A stretch of DNA of 63,659 bases, the filler included, from Lenisia limosa (Eukaryota > Protista > Breviatea): the NCBI GenBank assembly GCA_001655205.1. It is 15 parts of 15 records of this genome, joined end to end, with 100 filler letters (N's around TTAATTAATTAA, not from the genome) between each part and the next. Parts side by side here need not be neighbours in the genome. Positions count along the whole stretch, not along the records: positions 23,778 to 28,237 come from LPNZ01001390.1; positions 28,338 to 34,062 come from LPNZ01000341.1; positions 34,163 to 35,614 come from LPNZ01003437.1; positions 35,715 to 39,740 come from LPNZ01010279.1; positions 39,841 to 41,787 come from LPNZ01002070.1; 10 more parts are not named here. One strand, given 5' to 3'. Shown here one piece after another: positions 26,353 through 40,129 of this stretch (position 1 is the stretch's first letter; every line of letters begins with the position of its first letter). Made by a program: the position numbers and the translations under genes. Below the pieces are notes generated by a model, which saw only the letters and a list, made by a program, of their open reading frames with translations, was not told the DNA's origin and ran no database searches.

Positions 26353-28237
26353 ATGGACCAAGTTATCAGAAACCCCTCAGCACCGCCGATCAATGAGAAC
26401 ACCACTGTTCAGATCCTCGACCTTGCCTCGGGTTAGCAGGACTAAGGGACAGATAAACAGGCGTTATTGATTTTAATCAGAGGATTTATTGTTTCGTTTC
26501 AAAAATGCGAAATGATTGTTACATATGAGCGTATCGTGTACACTGTGCTCTATTTGAGTTTTCATCAAGTCGAATAGTTTCGCTCCTGTTTGTTACAGGT
26601 TGAAGTTAGTAACACTATAATAACTGAAAAATCAGTCTGGCTTCGAATGGAAGGCATTTTGATTGTCTTAGTCAAGAATTTCTTTGACGTTGGAGCTATG
26701 CTATCCAATCTCTATATTTTTTTTAATGATGATTATGGATAATCATAAAATCCCTTCCAAATGCTATTAGTGTGATATTTTGTGGTTGCATTGTTACATA
26801 CCAGTGTTCACCCCCTCCCCCCAGGAACCGTCGAGACTGTCTCAGGCGGTGTACGGAAGGGAAAGATCACCCAGGTCACGGAGGAGGCCGACCCCTGGGG
26901 TGAGACGGCCGTTTAATAGTTTATTAGTTTATTGCTCTTGTTGTGTCCATGGTGGTCTCATGGGGAAACAGCTTTGATAAATCTCAATAATCTCGATAAT
27001 TGATATCACACAATCATCTTCTTTTGTTGGATCACTCAGTATTGTTTTTTGTTTTGTTCACCTTTGGTGAATATTTTCTAACTCCAATGAGCAATCTGTG
27101 AACCACATTAGGACTGAACATCAAAAAAGACAGCAAGAAGGAAACTGAGAGGAGTCCTTCAGGGTTTAATCCCCACAAGAACACCAACAAACCCCAGGTA
27201 CCCTCCAGGATTTCGTTTCTAATATGTGGCATGCAGTATATTGAGCCGTGGTAGCAGGTCACTTCATCTCCCAGATTGCGTCATTCGATCTGAAGGAAGC
27301 CAGGATCAAGGTCCAAAAGGCCATCATCACAGACTACAACTCGATTGGAGGTTGGCTTATTGGGCTGAAGAGCATATTTTGTCTTTTGAATAAGAAATGA
27401 AAGCCTTAACTTGAATTAATCACTGGGTGAGCTAATACTTTATTGATAATAGTTACATTGCCGCATTGACCTAGTCAGCTCTCCTGAAGGCTCTGAGCGG
27501 ATTACAGGACAAGGCCTCAATCTCATCCTTCATCAACCGCCCGCTTGTAACCAATGACACCGCTCACTCTGTGGGCGGGATACTTGCTTCTTGTTTTCAT
27601 TTAAAATATGCTCTTTTGTCACCCAAGAGTTTTTTTTTGTTTGTGTTATTTACGAGTTCAATACAGTTGAAATGTAGGGTTTCCCCAGTCTACGAAAATA
27701 ATGGATTGTTTATCCAGAAATTTAGTCTGTTTTGTGATCTTCTTGTTTGCTGTTATGACACGCAGGTTCTTGCCATGCTGTTGAAGTTACCCAACCTTGC
27801 CTCAATGATGCTGAGAGTGGCCCTGTACGACTACCACCACACGTGGGGTAAATGACAAATCGTAGATCGCAACAATAATTAGAATTCACAGAATTTGCTT
27901 GATGAATACGATGATACCCCTATGTCAACGTAGATTTTGAGTTATTTTTGTTTCATTTTTGGCATCACCCCACAGAAAGGGCAAGAAGCCTCGCCATCGT
28001 GGACTGTTGGACACCAAGGAGTTTGCTATGCGACCCAGATGCCTTGAGCTGGAGAGCCCCCTTAGGTGGCTGGGAGGGCACAGCCATGCTGGATATGATT
28101 GGGAATGTTGCTGAGGAGTCCGCTGTTCTTTTTACCTCCTTTTCCTTTCCTTTTTTGACGTTTTAGCTCTGACAAGGTCTACTGGAGAGAACGGCTTCCT
28201 GTCACTGCTGTTTTGTGGGGGGCATGTTCCATCATTA
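26353..28237 (+). CDS. Hypothetical multi-exon protein (3' partial)
   Basis: Phase-consistent exons MDQVIRNPSAPPINENTTVQILDLAS|GTVETVSGGVRKGKITQVTEEADPW|GLNIKKDS...|IASFDLKEARIKVQKAIITDYNSIG|ALLKALSGLQDK...|VLAMLLKLPNLASMMLRVALYDYHHT|KGKKPRHRGLLDTKEFAMRPRCLELESPL. Confidence 0.65.
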
Positions 28238-28469
28238 NNNNNNNNNNNNNNNNNNNNNNNNNNNNNNNNNNNNNNNNNNNNTTAATTAATTAANNNNNNN
28301 NNNNNNNNNNNNNNNNNNNNNNNNNNNNNNNNNNNNNCTATATATTATACATTATATCGATATATAATATACTATACAAGTGAAGTGTATATGATATGTA
28401 ATACATATATAATTTATATATATATATATATTATATGTATATCATATATTTCTATATGATATACTATAT

Positions 28470-29690
28470 TATACTCGTTCCACCCATGTTACTGCGGTTC
28501 AAGGGTATCTAAATATTATCCGTTAACATTCGTCAAAAATATATAAATTAGAAATACAACTAGTGTCTGGTTGAAGCTGTCCACACTATCACTAAAAAGC
28601 GATTTTATACGTAACGTGCATATATACACTGAAATATTGATTCACTCTATTATTTGATTGCAACACTAATGAGTGAGTTTCATACATAAGTAATGGCAAA
28701 ACGTTTTTACTGATAACTTGTCGTACAATATGACTTTTTAAGTGTGAATTGCACCCAAATTCGTTAAATCCACACACCTCTGTATCACTGATTTTTTTTC
28801 GCTACAGGTGGGTTTTTTTTTATTTTGTTAAAAAAATTTTTTTTAAAAAAAAATATGCACACACAATAAAATATCTTTCAAATCCCAATAAAATTAAAAA
28901 CTTTTCAGAGAATAAGACCTATTTTGCGATAAGTTATAAGGAAAAGCTTTTTGCCATTACTTATATAACTCACTAGTATATGAAGCTGTCCACGTCACCA
29001 CGCTTACCAAAATAGGCAAGCCGATTGCCACTGCAACCTTGAAGTCTGGTCCGGTTCTCATTACAGTTCTGAGCGTGTGGGGGTCTGGGGGGCATCAGTT
29101 GAAAATGAGAAACAAACATCCATCAACGGGGGCAGAATATTTATGTAAAAAAAAACTCGCTCAAAACCAACATTGTTGGCTTAACTTTCGACATACCCAC
29201 GACAGTCAAAAATTCCTTCATACCGTTGGTTTTAAAGTACTCCGCAAATGCCACATAGAGGTTTGAGGCCATTATTGGTCTGGAAGGGGGGGGGGGGTAA
29301 ATGAAAATATAATCTAAAGCAAGTCGAGAAAAATTCCCGATAATTCTGGATAATTCTACTGTTATTTTTCGGATCAAATAGAGTCACTCAGTGTGGTAGA
29401 GATGATCTCAAATGTAAAAAAGAAAGTAGCCCTGCACTCCGTTCAGAGGTTCAAAAGAGAAGCAACAACACCCCGAACAAACGCATAATAATAAATAACT
29501 GATGCGACCCTGTTTTCAAATACCACCTTAGTTCTTTGTTTTAAAAGCCCTTAAATATAGATTTTTAGGAGGAGCTTTTTGGTATACAGTGATCCCAAGA
29601 CTGACCTCAGAAGATTGGGAGTACAGAGACGGCCGAACTCCTTCGTCAGGTCTTCCGTTTCAGGAAACTCATCCTTCATTAAACTTAAAC
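28470..29690 (-). CDS. Hypothetical protein (boundaries uncertain)
   Basis: Exon-like blocks DEFPETEDLTKEFGRLCTPNLLR, LYVAFAEYFKTNGMKEFLTVV and DPHTLRTVMRTGPDFKVAVAIGLPIL flanked by AG/GT. Confidence 0.45.
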
Positions 29691-30068
29691 CCGTAGCTAG
29701 AAGGGATAAGACAAGAAGACCTCTTTAGCTTACAGATTCTAGAAACATGCTTTTCAAAATTAAGAATTTTACCATTTGTGGTTTTATTTCCAGTGTACGT
29801 TCCTAGAGAGAGTGAATACATGCTGCAAATACCAAGTATCAAACCTCTTGGGATATTTTCAAACCAGTCTGAAAATGAAATTGTCTTTTTGGACGCCTGT
29901 CCATCAGTAACGACAACTACGGTTGTCATTTATATTCAAATGTGTCAAATAGTTGTTTATGAAAAATCACACGGACAAAAAGCCAGTAACCATGTCACCC
30001 GGAGAGTTGCCATTTCGGCCTTTTCTCTTGCAATTTTGAAACTCGGGGCCTTTTGTTCAGTGGACACT

Positions 30069-31602
30069 ATGGAGTACTACGTGGACAGTATGTTTGGTTG
30101 TTATGGGTCTTTTGATGTTTTGTTGTTTTCTAATGTTTTAGTTTTCAAGACCGACTGTGTCAACTTCTGGGGGCTTCTCCAGAACCCAGACAGCTTCGAC
30201 TACAATGAGAATACCCCTTTCATGCATTATTCTTACCCTCTCATCGGCTCTCTCCTTTACCTCCCGATTATCTTCCTCATCAAGGTCAGTAAGGGAAATT
30301 ATGGAGTATTTTGAAAATGACTGATGACACTTTTTCTCTCCGGACTCTTCTTTTTCTCTCTCCATGCCTAATTAACAGCTGTAGTGGTTTATGGCCAACC
30401 GTACCCCCAACAAGGGCTTCCTTAAGGTCTGCTCTTTCATCCACAACGTCAACCTGACCATCCTCTCCATTGCTATGCTCATTGGCACCGCTTTCTTCCT
30501 CTTCCGCAAATACGAGGTTGGCTTGGTTATTTCACATGGATATAGATAATCTTTATTGAAGAGACTAAAAGATAGTACAGAGTTCCGAGTATGTTGTGCG
30601 AAACAATCATGAGACTGACTTGAATCTAGCAAGTGGGCTTCTACCATCTCATCTGCGAAATCTCTTCCATCAACTACTGGGAGGGCCAACTCGGTTTCTG
30701 GATCTACATCTACCATCTTTCCAAGTACTACGAGCTCGTGAGAGGGAGGTATTGTGTTTGTTGTGAGTTGCTATTGCCCTTCATACGATTGGTGAAATAC
30801 ACTTTGGTAGAAACGACTGACAAGTCAGATTGACACCTGGCTTCTTTGCTTCAAGAAGAAGAGCCTTCTCAAGCTCCACGTCTACCATCACCTCGTTATG
30901 GTAAGGAAAACAACCTTTTAATTGTAGTTCCATTTGGTTGGTCTGGTTTAACCCCCAGGTTTCCGGTACCTGGATGTGGCTTCCCCTCAACAACTTCATG
31001 ATGGGATGGTAAGGCTGCTTACAGTCTAACCCCCCCCCCCCTCCGCTTGATGTCATTGCATTATTTTCTAGGGTTTGCACTGTTCTCAACTCCTTCATCC
31101 ACTCGGTTATGTACATCTACTACGCTTGCGCTGATCTTGGTTATTCTTTCTGGTGGAAGGTTAGTTGGGGTTGACTTAGTTTATTACGTAGTTTTCAGCA
31201 AATCCCAACACGCTTCCTTTTGTTATTCACCCTCTTAGCGTCACCTCACCAAGCTCCAAATCATCCAGTTCATCACCGGTCTTGGTTTCACCATTACCTG
31301 GTATGTGTTATTTTTGTTTCAATCCTCATCTTTCCACCCCTCTTCTGTGACATTGTTTTATTTCATAGGTTCATCTTCTACAACCAAGACAACTGCGATG
31401 CTGGTCAACCTTGGGGTCAGTTCTACGAACAGGTGCGAATGGAAAGTATTGCACATTAAATTGACCCCAAATTCGCGTTTATGCCTTATTTTACCTTTTT
31501 TTTTAGGCTGTTGGATTCTCCTTCCTCTTCCTCTTCATGTCTTTCTACATCGAATCCTACCTCAAGAAGCGCAGCGCCTCCAAGAAGAAGAAGGAAGAGT
31601 AA
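30069..31602 (+). CDS. ELO/GNS1 very-long-chain fatty acid elongase, 10 exons
   Basis: SKYYELIDT, histidine box LHVYHH, NSFIHSVMYIYY, HLTKLQIIQF, LFLFMSFYIESY, Lys-rich C-terminus ...SKKKKEE-TAA. Confidence 0.94.
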
Positions 31603-31916
31603 CTCTCTTTTTCTTCAGGTTTTGAATAAATGGTTTTCTCTTGTAAAGCGGAGGTATTGCTCTCCTGATTATACTGGTCAGCAGTTCGTCGGGGGGTCCC
31701 CGGGGAACCCTGTTTTGTTTTTAGGGGAAGTTTTCAAAAATTAAATCAGACACTCTACGAATAAAGGTTCATTGCTGTGTTATTAATACGTGTTTACAGT
31801 AGTAAGAGGACGCTTAGAATAGAAAAATCGGTTATATTTGAGCAAGAATGTTGAATTATGTGACTCTCAACTGATAAAATAGCAATAGGAAGTATTCAGT
31901 TTAATTGAGTGTCAAA

Positions 31917-34062
31917 ATGGATATCAAATTCAAGCCTTTGGCTGATATTCTCGTCTTAAAGGACGATTTATCTATTACCGAAGATCTGTGGAAGAAGCAG
32001 GACACTTGTGACCTTGATAATGTGGCTAAGTGCCTTTTAAAGTGTTTTTACACTCGCGGATTCCATATTTCCCTCCTACAGAGGGCAATCGAAAATGAAG
32101 TCGAGGCTACTGGTTTGCTATCATGATGTTATCGTTTTTTTCCACATAGATACGTATATTTACATAAGTTTAGCGGCGGCCAGTCTTCTATTTCGTGGTA
32201 ATTCAATTGCTTCTAAGATGATGAGCGCGTTTAGTCGCCTTGTCGGCGGAGATTATCTTAGATCTGCTTTATCCGGATCGTTAGAGTCCATTAAATCTGC
32301 TGGTGCTTTCGAGGTTGGAGGAACAGGATGGGTAATTCCTCCGCGATCCTGTTCATTGTTCGCGGTGATTACAATCTAGGTTGATTCTACACGTGCAAAG
32401 GAAGGTACCAATCTTGAAGAGAACATGGAACGCTTGAAAACATACTGTGGAAAGTTCTTGGACGCGATTATTTGCGCTCTTGCCGAGGTTCCAAGGTATG
32501 AATGTTTCTATTTGAGCAGAGCTGTCGCTATCCTGAGCGAGATGTTGGAGTTCCCCCATTGTTTGCACCCCTTCCTCCGCCTTTGCCGCCTTTTCATGTG
32601 TATTTTATTGTGTTTGTAACAAAAGCAGGCCTCTACTAACTATTTTCATCTTGCAGGGAATTGAGAGAGGTGTGTCAAATCCTCCGAGCGACGGTTGAGA
32701 AGAAGTTCCCCGAAGCTGGCGACATTTCCATTGGCGGATTCTTTTTCTTGCGCTTCGTTTGCCCTGCCATTGTCACACCTCCTGCTTTCAGACTTCTAAC
32801 GAGTAAGATGTTTTCCTTCGGATTCATCGATACTGCGCCTTGTGTATTCAAACAACTGATTGTGCAGCTATGCCACCCAAGGACGCTATGAGAGGCTTGA
32901 TTCTTTCTGCAAAGACCCTCCAGAACCTGGTCAATGGAGTTCTGGTTGGCAGGTTTTATTTTGCTGATCTCTTGTTGATAATAGCTGGGGTAAACTTCCG
33001 CGAGAAGTGATTTTGACTGCTTATTTAGCGAAATTAGGCGACATAGACCACATGCTTTCTGTCTGCTATTTAAACTCTTCATGAAACCTCATAAAATGTT
33101 TTGTGGTCACCCGCCGTTTGGTTTTGATATTATCCTTAACCTTCAACCAAGATGCTTTATTGTCCTCGTCCTCTGAAACACACAGCTGTTCCCTTTTGAC
33201 CCCTCTTCCTAGTTTGGCGGCAAGGAGGAGTTTATGGACCCCATCAACGATTTCTTGGTGGAGAATACGGACCGGCTTAGTCAATTCCTCAACGACCTTT
33301 GCGTAGGCGGGCCGGACGCATTCTACATGTATCTAACTAGGATTCCCTTTGGTCCACAAAGACGGCATTGTACGGATAATCCTCGAAACATATCGATATT
33401 TTACTTATTTTTCGGATCACACCACTTTCCGATTATATACATATACATATATTTTCCATTTCTACTTTGTATTCAAAAACAAATTTCACCCCCCCCCAGA
33501 CCATGCCCGAAGACTGTCCGTCGAACCTGCCTGCGCTGCCGGACGAGGACGTAGCCAAGGCCTTCGATGACCTCTTCCACCACGCCGACGTCTATGTCGA
33601 GAAGATCCCATCAAAAGAGGGCTCGGAGCAGGTCGGTGGGGGTCTCGCTATACCACAAGATACCGTCGTAAGCCTTAATTACACCTTGGGTACCATAATA
33701 TTCCATAATTAGCTGGGCTTTAGTCCATGATCAAAATCAAAACGATCAGTCTTCAATGGGATAAGCTTTGGGCGTGATAGCCCTTTTTATGTGAGTATAG
33801 CCTTCTATTAACTATGTCCATTTTGTGACAATTTTGGAGTTGGTTACACTGATCTTTTAGATTGAGATCCTGCGAAGCGAAGTGAAGCGACTCCATGCTG
33901 TTGCGTCTGCCGAGGGCGGGAAGAAGCAGCAGGTGACAGGGGGGGCTTGTTTTATTGTAATAACTTCTGGGTGTTGATTCATCCAAATACTATCTTTTTT
34001 TTTCTTTCTAATGTTGCACTATTGCAGGATGACTTTCTTGCTCGTCTCAATGTTCTCAACTC
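31917..34062 (+). CDS. Ras GTPase-activating protein (RasGAP domain), 3' partial
   Basis: Arginine finger LFRGNSIASKMM, IGGFFFLRFVCPAIVTP, LILSAKTLQNLVN, FGGKEEFMDPINDFL. Confidence 0.92.
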
Positions 34063-34444
34063 NNNNNNNNNNNNNNNNNNNNNNNNNNNNNNNNNNNNNN
34101 NNNNNNTTAATTAATTAANNNNNNNNNNNNNNNNNNNNNNNNNNNNNNNNNNNNNNNNNNNNAACAAAGATCAGGCCGTAGCACCACATAGAGGGAGGGG
34201 GGTGGAGTAAAATTGAAACAGTGTATGAAACAACAAAACCTAGACTGTGAGCCTAACAACATATCGAAGAAAGAATTAAGGTGGGGCAAACACAAAGAAT
34301 GTAGTTAAATACAATACAATACAAGTGACTGTGATAGTCGTGATATTTTACTTTGGAAATCACGGTCAAAACTTACCTCGGTCTCTGTATCATATTATAT
34401 GCTTCATGTATAGCCCCACACACTCCTGTCCTCTTGCGCCCTTG

Positions 34445-35350
34445 TCATTCGGAAGGATGTCCCCGAGGACGATATCGAGAAGAAGCGGAAGGACCCCCTT
34501 TGTGCCGCGGGACGTCGCCACAAAGTACAGCTTAAGATCGGGGCGATGGTACATTCTGAGCGAAGTGAAATGGAGTTGAACTGATTTCATTGATCATGTA
34601 CGTTCACAAAACATTGTCTATTTACGAACACACAGAACGTAGCATAAACAAATATTGACATCCATAACTGGCTTCTATAGATATTACCCCTTTTTAAACC
34701 CAAAAGAAAGCTCCACAACTGTTCACCCCACCCCCCACGAGGACATTGCGGAATGGATGGTTTGGAGGAGAGTGGACTTGATGTTGCCGTCTTCATGCAG
34801 GCAGTTACAACACGGGTCTGGGGTGAGTGAGGTCAAGGGTTGTAAATGAATAAATACGTGCAGTATAGACTCTAATTAAACTAGAACCATAAAGTCTGGT
34901 GGTACAGGGCAAAGTATTATGATATAGCGATGTAGATATTGGGATGATCAATATCTGATATTATAACAACTTTATTTAGAATGACCCAATCCTACGATGC
35001 TGGGGATGGTTGATGCAATCGCACCGCGTCCTAAAGGTAAGTGAAAAGAGGTCAAAAGAGGACAAAAGAGGTCACAAGAGGGGACAAGAGGGAAGAGAAG
35101 AAAGAGGAATAAAGGAATTAAGGAATTCTGACCAATGAATCTCATATCAATTTCAAAACAAGAGGAGCCACGACATATCAATTTCAACACACATATAAAT
35201 TTCAACACAATACGAGTTATGACATATCGATTTCAACATAAGGCGAGCCATGTCCTACCAGTTGATGGACATGATGAGATCGGCCAAAACGTCACAGAGG
35301 CCAAGGTTCAGCAGGATTTCCTGGATGATAAGGATGAGAACAATATATAA
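34445..35350 (+). CDS. Hypothetical protein fragments (splice model unresolved)
   Basis: Exon-like blocks YYPFLNPKESSTTVHPTPHEDIAEWMVWRR...QLQHGSG|NDPILRCWGWLMQSHRVLK|gtaagt. Confidence 0.3.
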
Positions 35351-36479
35351 TAGTATAATATTTTTTCAATAATAAAGACAATCAAATGTACTGAAAATTA
35401 GAGGAAATGAAAATTGTGCTAAAGATACAGATAGATATTACATAGGGGTATCATAATAGTAGATTAAAATTCTCAAGGTTTAATGAAAAACAAAAAAAAA
35501 GAAAAAAAAAAAATGGAAAGGAAAGAAGGGGAAATCTCCTAAAATCAGGATCAATATAACCGTAGTGTTATTTCGAGTATCACCAGAATCAAGCAAACAG
35601 ACAACAAAAAACAANNNNNNNNNNNNNNNNNNNNNNNNNNNNNNNNNNNNNNNNNNNNTTAATTAATTAANNNNNNNNNNNNNNNNNNNNNNNNNNNNNN
35701 NNNNNNNNNNNNNNCTTGGTGGTATAATGGGGCCGGCATTTCGGCTACACTCCAGCTATATCGATGAATCAACAAAATGAGAGAACAGACAAACCTTTCT
35801 TGATGGCTGGTCTATTTGGGGGGCCTGACGGCGCTGCACTTTCTGCCGAATCAGAAATGATTCATTCGTGAAGAGAAGTGAGGCGGGAGGAGCTGTGATC
35901 CAAACCCACCGAAGTAGAAGGCGGAGATCTTGGTGCCACTGTGAGGCTGGCCGGTAGGGTATTATGCCGCTATAGAGATGAATCAACACACTGAAAGAAC
36001 AGACAAACCTTGATCGTTGGCTTAGTTTTTACAAAGATAGGCTCGAGTTTTTGGGAGGTCACTTGATATACATGTTTCTATTCTTTATCTTTTTTTTTTT
36101 TTTGTTTCTTTGTTTCTGTTGTTCAGGGCAGGAGAATTGTTTTTCAAATGTATTGTCATAATGTGAACTCAGTCACCCCCAGCTTGCGAGTAATGATAGG
36201 ATCCAAGGAGTGTATGAATGGACTCTATTGTTTTTGTTGGGGTTTTTTTTTATTATTATTTTATATATGATATATTTTTTATATATAATTATATATAATA
36301 TCTTACCCCTTTAGACGTTGCCTTCTAAGTAATTCATATTATCTTATGTTAAATCTACTATGCATATATATGTACATGTATTATAGTGACCGTGGAAAGG
36401 GTAGTTTGTTTGATTACGTGCAATCTCTTAGACACCAGTAAAAATAAACTTATTAAACATTATTACTTACCTACCTCAG

Positions 36480-39350
36480 TCATTGGTACGGCATAGTTAT
36501 CGACTTTAAGAAGAAGCAAATGCTGCTGCTGGACCCGTTTCAGGAGGAGGATGCCCCCTGGACCGATTCAAACAGTTCACTACAGCCAGTCGTGCTGTTG
36601 GTGAAAGAGTAGGCAGGCTGTAAACTTACTAAGCCCAGTATACTCACAACACCTAGTTATATTGCTTAGTAAATTTATCGTGACCTACTGTAGGGCTTTT
36701 CCATCCCTGACCGTGTCCTTCTTGGGCTTTGGCAAGAATGTCCAGACTGATCTCTATTCATGTGGTCCTCTGGTGTTGGAAGCAATGCACCGGATGGCCA
36801 CCGGAGATTCCAGTTCCGTGTCAACGTCAGTTCTGAATCCAAGCACTGTGCGCACCATCGTCAATTGGATTGTGTCCATGAAGCAGTCAGCAGCCTGGCC
36901 TACCGATGTGAAGCCTACCACCAAAGCCACGTCTTCCCCGGACCAGGTTTGTCGCTGAGTGACTACATACACCGGGGGGGGGGGGTATTNNNNNNNNNNN
37001 NNNNNNNNNNNNNNNNNNNNNNNNNNNNNNNNNNNNNNNNNNNNNNNNNNNNNNNNNNNNNNNNNNNNNNNNNNNNNNNNNNNNNNNNNNNNNNNNNNNN
37101 NNNNNCTGTTGCAGGAGTCGTCGAAGAATCCGGAAGAAGTGAATCGGATGAAAATCGAAAGCGAGGAGCAAGCTCAAAACGACAGCCTGGTTTTCAAGAA
37201 TTGTACATCGCAGTCGGCAAAGGTTTGTCGGAGTAATGATACATTAACAGTGACTCATTGAATTGCCGATGTATTCACTGCTAACCCTGTTTCAGCTGGC
37301 GAGACTATTAAAACGTCCTTTCTACGCCGGAGGGAACACACCATTGAAATGGACACAGGAGTTGTCCACTTTAAGATCAGTCGCGTGTCCGGGTGGCGCC
37401 TTCGAATCTCTTCCTACCGACAAAGTTCAATTTCTCCCCCCCATCATTGCAGAGTATGTTCGCAAGACAGGGACGATTGAGGTAGGAGGATTCCGCTATT
37501 TAGATTGTTGTATTTTTGACAGCAACCCGAGTTCCCTTTCTTATTGGTCTTCAGGGCAGTTTTTGCAACAAGAGAAGAGGCATCAGTATTGTCGTCGTGT
37601 GCCACAATTGCCATTGCTGACGTTTCGGTTTGCTTGAACTCATTTATTTGTAGCTAAGTTTGTTGTTTTGCTTNNNNNNNNNNAGAGGGAACACACCATT
37701 GAAATGGACACAGGATTTGTCCACTGTAAGATCAGTCGCTTGTCCGGGTGGAATGCTACACGACATCGCCTTCGAATCTCTTCCTACCGACAAAGTTCAA
37801 TTTCTCCCCCCCCCCATCGTTGCAGAGTATGTTCGCAAGACAGGGTCGATTGAGGTAGGAGGATTCCGCTATTTAGGTTGTTGTATTTTTGACAGCAACC
37901 CGAGTTCCCTTTCTTATTGGTCTTCAGGGCAGTTTTTNNNNNNNNNNACAATTACGGGGCAATATGTCGACCCATACCTGAGGTGAGAAATGGTGTGTTT
38001 TACAATTGTGAATGCATTCCACTAATGTATTACTTAATGGAGATTTCGTATTTGTCTCAACTAAGCCACGAGAATTGGCAATGAATTGTTGGCGTTTTTA
38101 ATTTTAAGTTCTTTTTTTGTTCTTATGCATCTAGCTTGCTTCAATACTTAATAGACCGACCTGGGTTGGTGTTTGGATCTGCCTTGCTCTTTCCGTTGCT
38201 TCTCCNNNNNNNNNNAAGTTCCCTTTCTTATTGGTCTTCAGGGCAGTTTTTGCAACAAGGGAAGAGGCATCAGTATTGTCGTCGTGTGCCACAATTGCCA
38301 TTATGAGGTGTACGTCGTCAATCTGAAGCAAAACCTTGCTGACGTTTCGGTTTGCTTGAACTCATTTATTTGTAGCTAAGTTTGTTGTTTTGCTTACTAT
38401 CCACAGGTGTTTGACTCATTGCAATTACGGGGCAAGCAGGACATCCGAAACTTTCGAAGGCAATTCAAGCTCCCCGAAAAAGGGCGGAATATAATTTCGC
38501 CCTTGCCCTGTATGCAGTCGTACGATAGCGCCTGCGGGCCTGTGGCGTATTTATACTGCGACGCCGTGCTGCGAATGCTGCATGCGAGAACAGAAAAACA
38601 CCCGCAGGACGTGATGGACTGCCTTCCATCAGTGGTCAGTGCGGTGCGGGGCCGCAGCCTCGAAGAGGAAATGAGATCATTCGTAAGCCATCCACCCCCC
38701 CCCCGCGCAAACTGTGTCTGACTATCTGACATTATCATACAATTACTAACTAAATTCAGCTGGTCATGCGCATGTGGGCGAAAAGTCTTAGCCTCGCGAA
38801 CATGGACGTCACCTGTGTCCACTACTGGGTTCTCTGCGAGTATCAAGTGGAGAGAGAAGGAGTGGCCGCCCTCCATGGGACGATGAAGCTAAGGCTTCTG
38901 CCTGTTGGGAGCAAAACGCGCCCATTCACCAAAGCCAATGTGACGATTGCTGCCCCGGTGATCACCAAAGAGTTCATCGTGTGCGACTCGACCTCCATAT
39001 TCGGAGAGGATATAGCCGTACACACGGTGGACAACGTGATGTTTTACGTCTCACGGGTCCCAACCCCACACAGTACTGTTAGGATGCATGTTGTAACCAC
39101 CACCACGGACAGTGTTGCCATCAAGGTCATTCGTTCGGAGGGCAGTATGACGGAAAGGATTGTTGAAGCCGTAGTACTGCTCATTGAAGAGTTTGACGCT
39201 GTTAAGCTTTTTATTATGTGGTTTATTGGTCATTGTTTTATGATATATTATGCATGTTAAGTCATTAGTTCACTTGTTCCATTTGTATTTTTTATTTAAT
39301 TCCTGAAGCTTTACACGATGGACCTTTCTGACGCTGTAAAAAGCAACAGG
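36480..39350 (+). CDS. Protein with two tandem clan-CE (Ulp1/SENP C48- or adenain-like) cysteine protease domains; partial
   Basis: Domain 1: HWYGIVIDF (His 36481), LLDPF (Asp 36532), VQTDLYSCG (Cys 36761). Domain 2: CHNCHYEVYVVNL (His 38299), VFDSL (Asp 38413), CMQSYDSACG (Cys 38533). The H-D-Q-C order is that of clan CE. Confidence 0.72.
37329..38395 (+). repeat. Internal ~340-bp direct duplication; first copy degenerate
   Basis: 37329-37672 aligns to 37684-37937 plus 38216-38395; the first copy lacks 15 bp (MLHDI) and 35 bp (after the catalytic His). Confidence 0.85.
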
Positions 39351-40129
39351 TGAAGCAAAAACAAACAACTTCTGTACCTCTGAACGCACGTCTGAGCACA
39401 GAAAAAAAAAAAAAAAAAAAANNNNNNNNNNNNNNNNNNNNNNNNNNNNNNNNNNNNNNNNNNNNNNNNNNNNNNNNNNNNNNNNNNNNNNNNNNNNNNN
39501 NNNNNNNNNNNNNNNTTGCTATTTGCTTTCTTAAGTGACCATCTCCAAAATGACTTGTTTAATTTTGTGGATGAATGGCAGGTTGATGAACTTTCATGTT
39601 TTTTAAGTCTCTTCGATGAGGGTTCAATTCCTGGAAAGAGAGAAATATGTATTTTTTAAAAAGAGTCCTGTAAACTTTCCTCAAATTTTGGTTGTTTTTG
39701 ACAGGAATCCCCCCGTTGTTTGCCCGTTGGATTCAACAATNNNNNNNNNNNNNNNNNNNNNNNNNNNNNNNNNNNNNNNNNNNNTTAATTAATTAANNNN
39801 NNNNNNNNNNNNNNNNNNNNNNNNNNNNNNNNNNNNNNNNGGCAACATTTATTAAAAAAAAAAAAAAAGGCAAAAGTAGGTAAGAAAATGGATAATTTAT
39901 GAAAAAAACAAAACACCCAGGATCAACACTTTTGGATCATCATACGAGGGTTGAAAACAACAAACAAGCAAAGCCTCAAGGGCAGAGGTGAGCTGTACTT
40001 TTCCTGTTATATGGTCCCAAAAAGAGAACAAAGTTTCCGATAAATCCTCGATCAATATCTATTGTCAAGTTGAGAGCGCCGTAGTATTATGAGGGTATTG
40101 AAAAATGGGTACAAGGGGTGCACAAAATC

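Noticed and set aside
34490-34551. PIF1/Helitron helicase-like motif HKVQLKIGAMV
   Set aside because: The expected MLLRN continuation and other helicase motifs are absent from this 1.45-kb contig; likely chance or an unrecognisable relic
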